A DNA stretch of 64,000 nt, from NCBI GenBank assembly GCA_951406725.2, contig OX597826.1:19530001-19594000 (forward strand). Reading direction: 5' to 3'. This document shows positions 12,580-26,359 of this stretch, piece after piece. The notes under the pieces were generated by a model. The model had not been told where the DNA came from and did no database searches. It was given only the letters and a program-made list of their open reading frames with translations. A program made the translations under genes and the position numbers. Source of the stretch: Octopus vulgaris (taxonomy: Eukaryota). The first letter of the stretch is position 1, and each line of letters begins with the position of its first letter.

Positions 12580-13533
12580 CAGATTGTATGATAACTGTAA
12601 GAGCAGTAATTTTACATAGTTGTGAAACTTGGGCTGTGAATCCAGAAGACATGGGAACATTTGAAAGAAGTGAATCAAATATGCTCTGATGGATGTTCAA
12701 CGTCAGAGTATTTGTATGACAAAGCACAAGAAAAATTGGGTATATGAGGCATCAGATGTAGTGAAAATGGTGTAGAGAAGATGGTGCTGGTATGGTAATG
12801 TGATGTAGATGGGTGAGAAGAGCTATATAAGGAAGTACCAATTGTTAAATGTGCAAAGGAACATGTGGAAGGGGTAGACCTTGAAAGACATGGGATGAAA
12901 TGGTGAAGACTGACCTCAAGATATTGAGTCTCTCAGAGGAGACGATAGGGGACTGAAACAAATGGTGTTATGCTTGGCTTGAGAAGACCCGTCCATCTCA
13001 GCAGAATTGAGGCTCTGTCAAAGCTTCCCTCACAACTCATGTATTTTCTTCACTTCCTGCTATACTGGACTTATATCCTCTGCATCCAACTCATTCTCTG
13101 TCTCTAATCATTTGTCACACTATTTTCACTCAGTGCACTTCCCATTCTGCCTCATATTCGTGTTGTACCTGGACCTCACATCTCTTTCTTTCTCTCTCTC
13201 ACTTTCCAGGTGGGCAAAGTCATGCATTCACCTCTTCAGCAAGACATCTGCTTCTCTCCCTCTATCATAGTTTCTTATTTCTCCAGTCTATACCCTGGTT
13301 TTATCTTCTAAGTACTTGGTGAGCTCCCCAATGCTGGTGCCACATAAAAGGCACCCAGTACACTCTGTCAAGTGATAGGGCATCCAGCTGTAGAAACCAT
13401 GTTAAAGCAGGCACAGAACCTGGTAGAACCCTCTGGCTTGCCTGTTCTTGTCAAACTGTCCAAACTCATTGCCAGCATGGAAAAAGGGACATTAAATGAT
13501 GATGATGACAATGACGGTAATGATGATGATGAT
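12580..13533 (+). mobile_element. RTE LINE 3' fragment with (GAT)n tail
   Basis: VILHSCETWAVN...ERSESNML, GRP..TW; ends CCAGCATGGAAAA...GATGATGAT. Confidence 0.8.
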
Positions 13534-15424
13534 GCTCTGTATGAAATGCCGAATGTTAATGTCTGTACATAAGGTTTGTTTTCAGAACACTGAAGATATA
13601 CTATCAGCATATGTTATGTTATATAAATGGATATATGAAATCAAATACAATATATACTGAGTTTTTTTGTAAACATATACTGTGAACAAGCCACATTCTT
13701 CAGTGGCTGACAGTGAATAATCAACCTACATGTGATTTGTCTTTCTTGAGACTTGTCAAAGCTGCTCACTACTTCTCCTTATTACTGAAGTTTTATGGAG
13801 TGAATTTTAAGAAAAAATGTAAAGAAACGCAATGAACAGGATTGATAAATCACTAGACATTGCAATAAGTATATCGTTATTCTATGGGCAGAGAAGTTAT
13901 GTTGAATGAACAGTAAAACAAGTTTGTCCTTATCTTGAGTACTGGAATTTTGTTGAGAGAGCAATAAAAATCATGCATTAAATGTGGCTTCAATGAAAAG
14001 TTCTCTGATTGCCAGGGTCCTACTCATTTGATAAATAGCAACACAGTAATAAAACCAGTCAACTTAATCAATACACAGGAACTATGAGTGCATACAACTG
14101 CTTTGCTGTTCTGAGAGAATCAAATGCTCTACCTGTCTCACTTGAACACAAAAGTAAAGTTGACTAAGCATCTAGTTAATACCTTGGATCGTGGGTGGAA
14201 ACACTTGGTTAGTATGAAACACTTGATTAGAAACAGCTGTAAGACTATCTTTCTCTTTATAAACGTCCTCATACACACATGAATATATATATATATTCAT
14301 ATATGTGTGTGTGTATGCATGTGTGTGTGTGTGTCCATGTCCATATATGTTTATATAATTGTGTGTACGAAAATATACTTGTAAATATAAATATATATAT
14401 ACATATATGTGTGTGTTTGTATGGATAGCTATTACATTCTGTCTGTCTTTCTGCTGTGTCTCGATTAATTCTCTTGGTTCTATATCGAAGTGAAATTTCA
14501 GCAAAATAAAATAGCATGTTTTGTCTCAGTTACTTAGGGTGCGGTGCTATTTAAAACTAGAGCCACGTGTTTGGTAAATGTAAGCTTACTTGAACAATTA
14601 GTCACTACCATCTGGATAAGATAATGAAGAGGAGAAAATTTTGCCTGAAGACACACAAAGGAAAATACACACAAACATACATAAGTTTAGTAACTTAAGC
14701 ATACTTGCACACAAGATTTGCAAAGTCAGAGCAGACACATGCATGGAAGTATGTATGTGTCCATAGAGAGATGAGATATAGAATGTAGAAAAACAGAGGC
14801 AAGCATTTAATATGACAGTGAGGCAGATGTGTATATATTTCTATGTGGATATGCTTATATACATATATCATCATTATCATCGTCGTCATTTAACGTCTCC
14901 TTTCCATGCTGGCATGGGTTGGACAGTTTGACTGTGGGCTGGCGAACCAGATGGCTGCACCAAGCTCCAGTCTTGATCTGGCAGAGTTTCTACAGCTGGA
15001 TGTATATATGTATGTGTATATATGTATGTACGCACATGTATATGTATATATCTATAATAATAAATGCGAAAGCGAATGTCAGTGTGTCAGAGAGTCACGC
15101 CATTTCAACTTTACTCTTCTGACCCCCTCTCTCACTATTCAATGACACTTCTACCATTCCTCATTCTTTACCCATCTCTCACTATTCAATGGCTCTTCTA
15201 CTATTCTTCATTCTTAGTTTTTCCTTAATGTGGTTGAGACACAAGCTTCTTATCACACATCTATGCCCATGCCTACATGTGTGTGTGTGTGTGTATACAC
15301 ACACATGTATGTAATGAAGGGATATCTCTAATATCCTAGAAACAGTTGTAAGACTATCTTTCTCTTTATAAATGTCCTATAAATTCCACACAGCCTTGGC
15401 TTTGCTGTCTCGTGGCAAGAATAG

Positions 15425-15800
15425 ATGCAGGAGTGGCTATGTGGTAAGTAGCTTGCTAACCAATCACATGGTTCCAGGTTCAGTCCCACTGCGTGGCACC
15501 TTGGGCAAGTGTCTTCTACTATAGCCTCAGGCCGACCAAAGCCTTGTGAGTGGATTTGGTAAATGGAAACTGAAAGAAGCCTGTCGTATATATATATGTG
15601 TGTGTGTCCCCCAACATCGCTTGACATCGATGCTGGTGTGTTTATGTCCCCGTAACTTAGCAGTTCAGCATAAGACACCGATAGAATAAATATTAGGCTT
15701 ACAATGAATAAGTCCTGGGGTTGATTTGCTCGACTAAAGGTGGTGCTCCAGCAAGGCAACAGTCAAAATGACTTAAATGAATAAAAGAATAAAAGAAAAA
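15425..15800 (+). mobile_element. tRNA-derived SINE, full length
   Basis: A-box TGGCTATGTGG, B-box GGTTCAGTCCC, CCTTGGGCAAG core, internal (TA/TG)n, AAAAGAAT tail. Homologous to 43865-44341. Confidence 0.85.
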
Positions 15801-16322
15801 GAAAGAATAGATAGATAGATAATTATATACAGATATTATGGTGTATATATGTGTGCATGTCTCAGATGGGGTATATACTTAGTCTTAGTGTCTCAGAGAT
15901 GAAAGGTTACTAAATGTGGAAAATGAATGGGAGAAGGAGAGTCATTCAAATATCAAATCCATTGAGGAACCAGCCATCAAAGTTGATAGTAGTACAATAA
16001 GATGACTACTTAATGCTTTTTATATATATTCTATATACTTTATGCACAATTTTATAGACTTAATATGCATCATTCATAAATATTCACTCTTATTTTTCCA
16101 TTCTTGCCATAAACAATATAATTTATTTTAAAATTTTACATGGTCACAATTTCATATTTAGAAAACAAAAATTTTATAGTAAAAGAAATTATTTTATATG
16201 TAAAATTTCACGGGAGTAGAAATTTAATGCAACATGGCATACTCTGAAAACCACATTGTTGGTAACTTATAAACCAAGGCGATGGATCAGAGTTAGTACA
16301 CATTTCGGTTTGTGTACACCTT

Positions 16323-16570
16323 TCAATCCAATACTTCTTTGCAGATTATGTTCTTCATGTAAGTTCTCCCTCTTCTATTATCTTGGTTGTCAATGTTGAT
16401 AACTTTAACTCTGACATCAGATAATTTGCGAGCCCTTGAAAATGCAACATATAGCCGACCATGGCCAAATACAGGTTCAGGCAAGAACAGCCCCACTTTA
16501 TCAATTGTTTGCCCTTGTGATTTATTGATAGTCATTGCATATAACAGGCAAACGGGAAACTGTGTGAATG
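16323..16570 (-). mobile_element. Helitron PIF1-like helicase C-terminal fragment
   Basis: QFPV...AMTINKSQGQT...PVFGHGRLYVAFSR (helicase motifs V/VI). Confidence 0.85.
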
Positions 16571-16979
16571 GCAAGTTTGAGATGCACATTCGTTAAGTGA
16601 TATAAAAAAACTTACTTTAATTAAAATAAATTACTTTTCCCTATACACCCACCATCACACACTCTCTCTCTCTCTGATCTCATCATCAGAACATCACCCC
16701 TCTGCTAAAATTATATTCCTAACTCTCCTCTATATCACTACCTTTAATTAACTTTTTTAACTACATATTAAATATCACATTCCCCCTACCACATGTCATG
16801 GATGCTTCTTTCTCCGTCTTTTCTCTCTCCTTCTTTTTCTTTTTCTCTCTCTTTCTACCTCACTCTTTGCATTATCCTCTTTTTCCCTCTCCCTCTTTTC
16901 TTTCTCCTTTTTCTCTAATCATGTGAAAGTGTTACCGATGGGCTAAGTAATGTAATAACAAGCAGAATTATTATAAGAT

Positions 16980-18240
16980 AGAATTAAGCTAGCTGAAATG
17001 CAGTTTGGCTTTGTACCTGGGAGGAAGAGTACCACAGATACCATCTTCCTAGTGAGACAGCTGCAGGAAAGGTATTTGGCCAAAAGTAAGCCACTGTCAA
17101 ACTGGAGAAAGCTTTTGACAGAGTCCCACAAACTGTTATCTGGTGGTCTCTAAGGAAGCTAGGAATAGAGAAGCGGCTTGCTAGAGCTGTACAAGCCATG
17201 TACAGAGGTGCTGTGAGTAAGGTGGGAGTCGGCCATGAACATAGTGATGAATTTAGCATTGAAGAATGAGTTCACCAGAGCTCAATTCTTAGTCCACGCC
17301 TGTTCATCATAGTCCTCCAGGCCATAACAGAGGAATTCAAAATTTGATGCGCATAGGAACTATTATAAGCTAATGACCTTGCTCTTATTGCAGAATCTAG
17401 CAGAATTAGAGAAGAAATTCCAGGTATGAAGCAAAACCTGGAATCAAAGGGTCTTAAAGTTAACTTAGTTACGACAAAAGTTGTTGTTAGCAAGAAAGCA
17501 GATAAGACTCTATTTCAACCAGGTAAATAACCTTTGTAGGAAAGGAGTAGAAAGTAATTTCATTCACTGCACCAAATGTAAGCTATGGACAAAACAAAAG
17601 ATACAGTGGAACCACAGATAGATTAACAGATAAGGTCACTTTTGTGTGTGGCACATGTGCAGGAACAATAAGCACATGGGACTTAGACTCTCTCAAATAC
17701 CCAGGAGTTCTCTTGAGGCAGCAGATAGTTTTATATCATCTAGGCGACCAAATTAGCAATGGAGGTGGATGTTCTGAAATTATTATTTCTAGAATACGAA
17801 TAGGATGGAGAAGGTTCAAAGAGCTACTACCTCTGTTGGCAAAAAAAGGACTCTCTCTCTCTCAAAGTGAAAGGTTGACTGTATGATGCTTGTGTACGAA
17901 CAGCTATACTTCATGGTAGTGAGACATGGACTCTGAATGCAGAAGATCTGTGTAGACTAGAAAGGAACAAAGGCGGTATGCTCTGCTGGATGTGCAGCAT
18001 CAATGTGCATGAATGACAAAGCACAAAAGTTTTGAGAGAAAGATTGGGCATAAGAGGAATCAAATGCAGCATGCAAAAGGGGAACTACGTTGGTTTGGAC
18101 ATGTGATACATATGAGTAAAGACAGCTGTATAAAGTAGTCTCAGTAACTGAAAGTGGATGGTACCTGTGGAAGAAGGAGACCCAGGAAGTCATGGGATGG
18201 AATAGTGAGGACCAATCTCAGGTTTTGGGGGCTCACAGAG
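16980..18240 (+). mobile_element. RTE LINE fragment (RT to C-terminus)
   Basis: MQFGFVPGR, EKAFDRV, PHD-like C..C region, YHLGD...RIRIGWRRFKEL, LHGSETW, WFGHV. Confidence 0.9.
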
Positions 18241-18439
18241 GAATGTTAATGTCAGTACATTTTTCGCATTTCCTGACGACTTAATTGCAGCATTTGTTGC
18301 TGTAATAGTAATTGTTGCTGCTTCTGCTGTTGTTCTTACAGTTGTTGTTGATGCTGTTTTTCTTGCAGTTGTTGTTCTTTCAGTTGCTGTTTTTGCAACT
18401 CGAGCAAACTGGCTAACAAATTTTCCATAATTTTACGAT

Positions 18440-18855
18440 TTTTCTCCTGTAAAATTTGCACAAAGAAAACTTTTGTGAGTTTGTTAATTCCTCGTCGCCA
18501 CTATTTTAATCCTTAATGTCGAATTGTTATATCGCCCCATCTGGTATAGCAGTATAATTAGTTAAGACCACTAAAGACACGACTATCTATGACTGTCTAC
18601 TTCATAATCTCCGTTTATACTGACCAACGTTACCTTATTTATAGCAACTAGCACATGCCATTCATCACGTGGGAGGGGGTGTACCATTATTACTATTATT
18701 TCTACAACACGAACGAGCAGTCCTTACTGAGGAGGCTACGGAAATAGCCGAAACTGAATGTTCAGTCTTGAATGATTACAGCCCTGTGAACAAATATGTA
18801 TACATTTATGTGCTTTTCCTACCGCATTAGAGCATTTTAGCTCTTATTTCTAGCA
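18440..18855 (+). mobile_element. Penelope-like 3' remnant
   Basis: CKIC...RRHYFNP* resembles a decayed GIY-YIG C-terminus and is followed by a hammerhead. Confidence 0.5.
18717..18779 (+). ncRNA. Hammerhead ribozyme (intact catalytic core)
   Basis: CTGAGGA (18727), stem II GGCTA-CGGAAA-TAGCC, GAAA, stem III ACTGAA-TG-TTCAGT, GUC at 18765-18767. Stem I imperfect. Confidence 0.85.
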
Positions 18856-19244
18856 ATATATGTGTCCTGACACCCTTAGTCGAATTCAGTGATGATTATA
18901 GTTTTCCTTTATGGTATCACATTATGCATAGCTGTTTGAGAGACATTGAGTAACAGTACTCTAGAGTGTGTCACTTTGAAAACTATATGTTTCGAACAAG
19001 AGTTTAGCAGTGCCACCTCTAGCCGAGCAGCTATTCCGTGCTGATGAAGAGAAATAACCCAGAAATTGTGATACACAGATATTACTTTGTGCTGAGTGGC
19101 GATGCTAAATTCCCTTGTTAAAAAATATAAGGACACATATAGTATATCATATAGCCAGCTGGAGACGATGCTTCCTGGGATTAAATAGCAGTAGCATTCG
19201 TCCTAACCAGGACTATCACGTTATGTTGGCAAATAATCTTTACT

Positions 19245-19490
19245 ATATATGTGTGTGTGTGTGTGTCTTTGTGTCTTGTGTTTGTCCTCCACCACCACTG
19301 CTTGACAACCAGTGTTGGTGTGTTTATGTTGGTGCAACTTAAATTTTCAGGAAAAGAGACTGATAGAATAAGTACTAGGCTTTAAAAAAATAAGTCCTAG
19401 GATCAATTTGTTCACCTAAAAATCCCTTCAATATGGTGCCCCAGTATGGCCGCAGTCAAAAGGAGTGAAACAAGTAAAAGATAAAAGATA
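19245..19490 (+). mobile_element. SINE 3' half
   Basis: CTTGACAACCAGTGTTGGTGTG...GATAGAATAAGTAC...GCCGCAGTC...AAAAGATAAAAGA. Confidence 0.75.
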
Positions 19491-19509
19491 TCTATCTATG
19501 GTTCCTATA

Positions 19510-20670
19510 GGGCTACCTGTTGAGGGCCACTGACCAGATATGTGGCTGTTGCAAAGTCCCCTCTCAACCCATGGTCACATGGTGGTGGAACAATGTAGGT
19601 CATAGGGCCATTAGGAAAAAGAAACAGGGCTGGAAGGACTGGAAATGTGGTGGTAGCAGAGAACTGTATCTGATAGCCATAAGGGAAGCTAGGAGACAAG
19701 TATACTTAGCCAGAGGAGAAGTAGAAAAGAAGGAGTTTGCCAATGTTCTGCCTTGTGAGGACCAGAGATTTGAAGTGTTTCGAATTGCAAGGCAGTGTGT
19801 GAGAGAAAATCGCGATGTCATAGGAGAGAAAGGCGTCCGCATGGATGATGATTCACTTACATTTAATGATGCTGTAACCAAAGTGATTTGCAAATGCCAC
19901 TATGAAAGGCCGCAAAATGAATAGAATGAATGGGAGAAAGAGAGTCTGCCAAATGTTAACCCAACTGAGGGACCAGCTATCCGAATTGATAGTATCTTGG
20001 TAGCTAAAGCAATTAAGGATATGAAGACAGGGAAAGCCCTTGACCCATCAGGAATTACCACTGAGATGCTTGAAATATCTGGCGATGTAGGCTATGATCT
20101 AGTCACCCGTATAGTTAGTCAGGTGGTATACGAAGAAGTCATACCCAATGACTGGGGTAGTAGTACCATAGTCAACTGCTGCAAAGATAAAGGTGATGCC
20201 TTAGAAATGACTATGGAGGTGTCAAATTGTTGGATCAGGTGATGAAAGTCGCGAAAAGGGTCATAGCCCAACTAATTAGTGAGAGTTAGTTTAGATGAGA
20301 TGCCGTTTGGTTTTGTGCCAGGGAGAAGCACCACTGATGTTATATTTCCAGCCAAAGATAAACTGCTGTGCTTGGCTTTTGTTGACATGGAGAAAGCCTT
20401 TGACAGGGTTCCCTGATCCCTTATCTGGTGGTCAATGCGGAAACTAGGGATGGACGAGAGGTTGGTAAAAGCCATACAAGCCATGTACGGGAATGCAGTC
20501 AGTAACGAGTATAGTGAAGAATTCAGAGTAGAAGTGGGGTTTCACCAAGGATCAGTCCTCAGCCCCTTCTTGTTCATCATAGTCCTCCAAGCAATAACAG
20601 AGAAATTCAAGATATTTATGCTGATGACCTTGTTCCTATAGCTGAACCACTACCAGAACTAGAGAAGAAA
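19510..20670 (+). mobile_element. RTE LINE fragment
   Basis: TWWWN, KAIKDMKTGKA..PSGI, FGFVPGRSTTD, AFVDMEKAFDRV, GFHQGSVLSPFLF, YADDL. Confidence 0.9.
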
Positions 20671-22210
20671 TATTTAAACGTCTAGGTCACCAATTTAGTG
20701 AAGGTGGTCACTAATTTAAAGTATGAAAGTGTTCGTGGGAAAAATCCAGTAAATGTGCTTTTGAGAAACATGTGTAATGGAATATCAGAAGACAGTTTTT
20801 AAACAAATAATTTATCAAATTATTACCAGAGCTAACAAGTAAAAAGATAGTTGCCTGTATGTATGCGAGTCAGGGAAAATATTACAACTTACGTCTGAAC
20901 AATAGATTCAGTTGGCAGTCGTTATAAGCTAATAGGATCGGAGCTAGCTTAAACGAAAGTATACTGTTCATTATGAGACAGAGTTATGGCTGATGTCATC
21001 CAGAATTTCACGGAGTTAAGTTAGCAAAAATGAAATAAGCTGTTCATGAGGTGACAAGTCGAGAGCCGATATAACTCAGAGTTAGCTGCACGAAGCTGGT
21101 GGTGAAAAACCAAGAGGTTTCCTGTTGAAAGAGGGAATGTTGCTGGTGCGCCGTCTTTTCGCCAACTGCTAGGAAACTTCTCTGCTTGGACAGAGAACTA
21201 CCTTTGGTATTCATACGAGCCCAGTCTTGATTAGATGGAGTATGCCATAGCACAACGTTGCTATGCTGCGACAACAAAAATAGCTTTCCTCACTCACAAC
21301 AGATTTGTAACATATGGTTATTCTGTGAACCATTTTGTGCAAATGGCTGCAATATTTAGTGTATCATATGTGTATGGAGGGATGATAGAAGAAAAAACCT
21401 ACGAAAAGATACAGCCTGACCATTGGTGAAAGGTTTGATGCATATTGGTATAGATACAGCGAAAGGGAACCTTCATCTATATTTATACCAATACATTCTG
21501 AAAGAGCATGCTTGTGTGGAAATTATACCTATTCATCCAAAGGATCCGACGTACAGTCCATATAGAACAGACTATTTCAACAGGAAAAGCGAACAGAATA
21601 ACAGTACACTCTAGAAGCAATATAATTCCAATAACACTATATACTACTGAATCCCCGAATACAGCCGTCATCAAAAAATTATAAACAATTAATAAAGAAA
21701 TAAAACTTCTCCATACAAGTATAATGATGGTTTACCCATAAATACCTTTATTACCATACAAACTGTTAACAAACACATCAATACGAGGTGTCGTGCTATT
21801 AAATAGTCATTCGAATGAGCAACCTAAATTCCCGTTGGAATTAGCAACCTAATTTCCTGAAATTACTAATGCAGTCTTCAAAAAGGAATGACATACTTGA
21901 AAATTTAGTTCTGGTCGCACGTTTCAAAAGAAAGTAAAAAATAAAAATAAAAGTCGAAATGGTGAAATTATCCCCGTACAAATCTCACATGCATAAAAAA
22001 GAAGAAGAAAAGAACAGGAAGCATAACTACGTATCAGAATAAAACAATACAGAAAACCGACAGCGCTACTATTGTCTTCTTACTAAAATTTCATGCTCAG
22101 TAACAAATTTGCTGCACAAAGTACAATGTTATAAAAAAAATAACTACCATACTAAATCTCAAGAGAACCACCTTTAAAATACATGTAATCGAAGAATATC
22201 ACGTAACCAT

Positions 22211-22248
22211 CTCTTAATATAATAATGAGCGTAGTGTTTTTATATATT

Positions 22249-22286
<38 letters not shown>

Positions 22287-22428
22287 GTGAAATAGAAAGA
22301 TGAATAATCTTGTAGTAGATTAATCAAAAGTTTAACCGATACCTTAGTAGCAAAAATCACAGCAGTAAAACAGCACGGTTGGAGGTACAACCATATGGTG
22401 TTGCAACCGTGCGTTGTGCGGATAATTG

Positions 22429-22489
<61 letters not shown>

Positions 22490-24470
22490 AAAATCACACA
22501 GTAGGAGGGAGTGAGACAAAGAGTAGTATAAGTGAAGGGAGAGCAGAGAAAATAGTAATTCAGGGCAGGAAAAGTAGTGAGAGTAATAGCATGACTGAAA
22601 TGGAGTGAGAGAAAGTAATAGCAATGAGAGAGAGGAAGTGGCAAAGAGAGCGTTGTGTATCTTCTACTATAATAATACTCTTGGATTTTCTCCGTCACAA
22701 CATATGAATGAAAAAGGAAGGGGTGACAGATGAATAAGGCAGGAAGGGGTGATGGCAAACTTAGTAGTGGGATGATGGAAATTTTACGGTGAAAAAATCA
22801 AACAGCGTTTCAACTCTGTGTGAGTATATGTGTGTATGTAAAAGGGAGGAATGCGAATGTTTGTGTGTGTGTGCAATGGAAATGGGATGGTGAACATTCA
22901 ACGCTGAAAAGAAAAGTCAAGCATCGTTTCAGTTCTGTGTGAGTATGTGTGTATGCGTGAACCAACGTTCTTTCAATAACAGACGATGATCGATGTCACA
23001 TCTCAACAGACAACCATAAAATAGCATTGACAAGTCTATTAATTTGATTTACCATCCATATTCTCCATCTGATGTGTTACAAATAATTATTACAATCACA
23101 TACTCTACACAAACATATACAAACTCATTAGAGAAAATAATTATTGCCTGAGTGAATCAAGAATATAAAACGACTGTAGTTGAAAAGTATATTATAAATA
23201 CACGTCTTTATTTAACAGTTTATACATGTCCTTAATTTATTTATATTAAGAAATTTTTACCCAGTGTTCTTTCAGTAACTATTCATAAACTAACCAGCGT
23301 TATTTCAGTAATTAATGATGATTGATGTCACATCTCAAAATACAACCACTAGATAACATTGAGAACTGCATTAGTCTGAATTACCAACCATATTCTATAC
23401 AAAATACTCCTAGCCTGAAAATCTAAAGCTAAAAGAAAACTTCACTGTAACGTTCATATTGCTGTTATACAAGAAAAATGCTGTAACTTCAACGCAGCAT
23501 CCCTTCCCTCTTTGATTGCATTCTGATAAATCATGCTTAGTTAAACTACGTTATGCATCCAGTACATAAACACTGCAAACGAATATCAACGCACCAAGAA
23601 ATAAACACCACACTAGAAATGCAAGCATTCAAAATAAAAACGAATAGGAAACATTAACAGAACTAACATACAGCAAAAATAAAACAAGCCATCGAACTGA
23701 AGAATTATATAAAAAAAAAGAAACAAAAGCTGATAACTGGCGAAAAATTGCGTTCAACAAACAAAAAAACAAACAAACAGTAGATATGTAGTGAATAGTT
23801 AAATATCAGTAAACTGTTGTACCAACTGTAATAATAACCAAACCAAAATAACTTCAGCAATAGTAACTACACCATGTGACACAACACAATAACACAACAG
23901 CTCTAATAACAACGACACTATATCACTAAGTACAATATCGACTAATAAAAAGAACATGTCCACACTCCTAAATGTAAACGTTCTTATTAATACGCTCCTA
24001 AAATTACATTAAAACGTCTGAAAAGCAAAACGCAAGCAACATACTTTTCATGTAGAGCGCGAGCTATTTCTTTCATCATATACCAGAAATTCAAATTGGA
24101 AATCCCAAATATCAAAAGTCACCAAGGTCAACAAAATGTTCGTCTATAATCTCAGGCCTGAAGGCATTTTTGTTTTCATGTATATGTAACAAAAAATGAA
24201 AGTAAAAAAGTAAAATGTTTCAATTATATGTTACGATTTCAATAACAACTGTTTATAATCCTGTTGGCAACGTTTTGTTTTAATGTTCTACTGTAGAATA
24301 GAATTTTAGCCAACGTTGTATGTTTGAACAAATTTCAATGCAATATCCATGCAAATTATTTATCTATTTTACTGAAGCTCTAAGTAATAGCCGGTCTATA
24401 AGCTTACCTCCGTGGATAGTTACAGTAAGAATTTAGTTTCTCATAAAATTCTACACGGGATTCAAACTAG
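22211..24470 (+). mobile_element. Possible non-autonomous Helitron
   Basis: TCTCTTAATATAAT 5' start and CACGGG...CTAG|T 3' end. Internal segments resemble the Helitron-like family at 45830-46307. Confidence 0.35.
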
Positions 24471-24528
24471 TCCGGCTTGGAGTAAAGCATCCTTTTTGCA
24501 TGTTTCACATACAATCTCTCTCTTTCTT

Positions 24529-24560
<32 letters not shown>

Positions 24561-24859
24561 ACACATATATATATTCAGGGCACAAGGAGCTTGTAGATGT
24601 AGGTAGGGAATATATGAATCGCACTTTCTATAACACATATTAGTGAAGTACTCGTGTAAAAATATTTTATGTTCTGTAGAGTGCTGTGTGTATTTGTGAA
24701 TGATAGTTATACAATAAGTAAAAGTTTAGGCGGTTAATTATATTTGAATTATGCTATGGCGCTTAGCCATAATTGTCTACAGCAGGTAAATGATGGAGTA
24801 AAAAGAGAACATTGAGTTTATGTGCATTATGAATTCTTGCAGACGTCACGATTTTTCAT

Positions 24860-24985
24860 TATCCTGCCCTCGCATATCCACGATACTGACCAAGATCATA
24901 AGACTCTCAACACTTTTTCCTCCCTTTCTGGCTTTCAGTCCCTATTTACCGTGGATATAAAATCCCTATATACCCATCTACCAAC
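24860..24985 (+). mobile_element. Penelope-like RT fragment
   Basis: LPSHIHDT...LFTVDIKSLYTHLP (PLE RT motif LPSYIKDT...DVKSLYTNIP). Confidence 0.75.
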
Positions 24986-25036
24986 GATGTTGTTAAATAT
25001 TTCTTTCATCTACCAAAGATGTTATTAAATATTTCT

Positions 25037-25081
<45 letters not shown>

Positions 25082-25089
25082 ATATATGT

Positions 25090-25550
25090 AGTGGATCTTG
25101 CAGGCATGAAGTGGATTCGATTCACCATAGCCAAATTTCAAGTAACAGTTCAACAGAACTTTTCTCACGGTGGAACAATGGTTTTTCTGTGACAGTTTAT
25201 ATTTGCCAGATTGCCTTAGCCAGTCCGAAATAATGTCTTCAGGACTTGAAACTTCTAACCTCTTATAAGCGACCAAAGCTAGAATTCAAATAACTAGTAC
25301 CACCAACGAAATCCATTGTTCTCAACGATATGTCTATCCTTCTGGATAGTTATAAAAGCAAGAACCCCAAGCAACAATTAGTTAGTCACTCGGTGACAAC
25401 TCAGTCTGTTGCTGACAACTTAGTGAGAACGGAGTCTGGCTGACAGGATAAACAAAACGCCGTTTCTAAAGATAAGGGCATAAAAATGACAACGATGGTA
25501 ACTCACCAACGAAGCAGTTGTTTCGTCACACACTCTCACTCTCACTAGCT
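25090..25550 (-). mobile_element. Possible hAT transposon 5' remnant
   Basis: DWLRQSG...RK...YLKFGY...P..ACKI resembles the BED-finger N-terminus of Charlie-type transposases. Confidence 0.4.
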
Positions 25551-26005
25551 CTCTTTATTTTCTCTTACAACATCATTCTATCTCTCTCTGTAATTACTAC
25601 TACACAATGACTAGAACATAAACACAAACCATACAAGGAAAATCTACACTTCCCGTTACTTCGCATGCTGTTGGATTTTATCACCTGCCCGTCGAGGCAA
25701 GGTACATACGATGTAAAGGTAAAAATAAATATTTTCTTCACAACTTCAATCACTGTTCTTTCATCCTTACATAATGGCAATCAACGAAGAACCAAACTGA
25801 TTACGACACCGACATTCCATCCTACTGTATATCAACTATCGTTTACCATATTATCCTTATACATATCTATTTCAACAGAAACAAATCAATCACAACAGTA
25901 ACAAACTCAATTTCAACCGATACAAAATAATCTTCATTGTTACAACTGGTGAACCCGAGCGAAAGAATTGCTGACTTCTGAAGCTACATTGCCAACATAT
26001 ATATA

Positions 26006-26047
<42 letters not shown>

Positions 26048-26281
26048 AGGATGAAATTCTTTTCAGAAAAAAATTTCATCAAAAAGTGGCGGCATATTAA
26101 AATACCTTTAAGGTTAAAATTATAAGCAACTTATAAACAAGGGCAAAAGAAAAATTATTTCCATGCCAATATGCTGATAACAGACTTCATTTCGTCAATT
26201 TCCACATATCATTATACACTCACTGCAAATAAACGTCGTGCTGAAATCGGGAAGCTACCCAACAGAATTTTAAAAAAAAAG

Positions 26282-26359
<78 letters not shown>

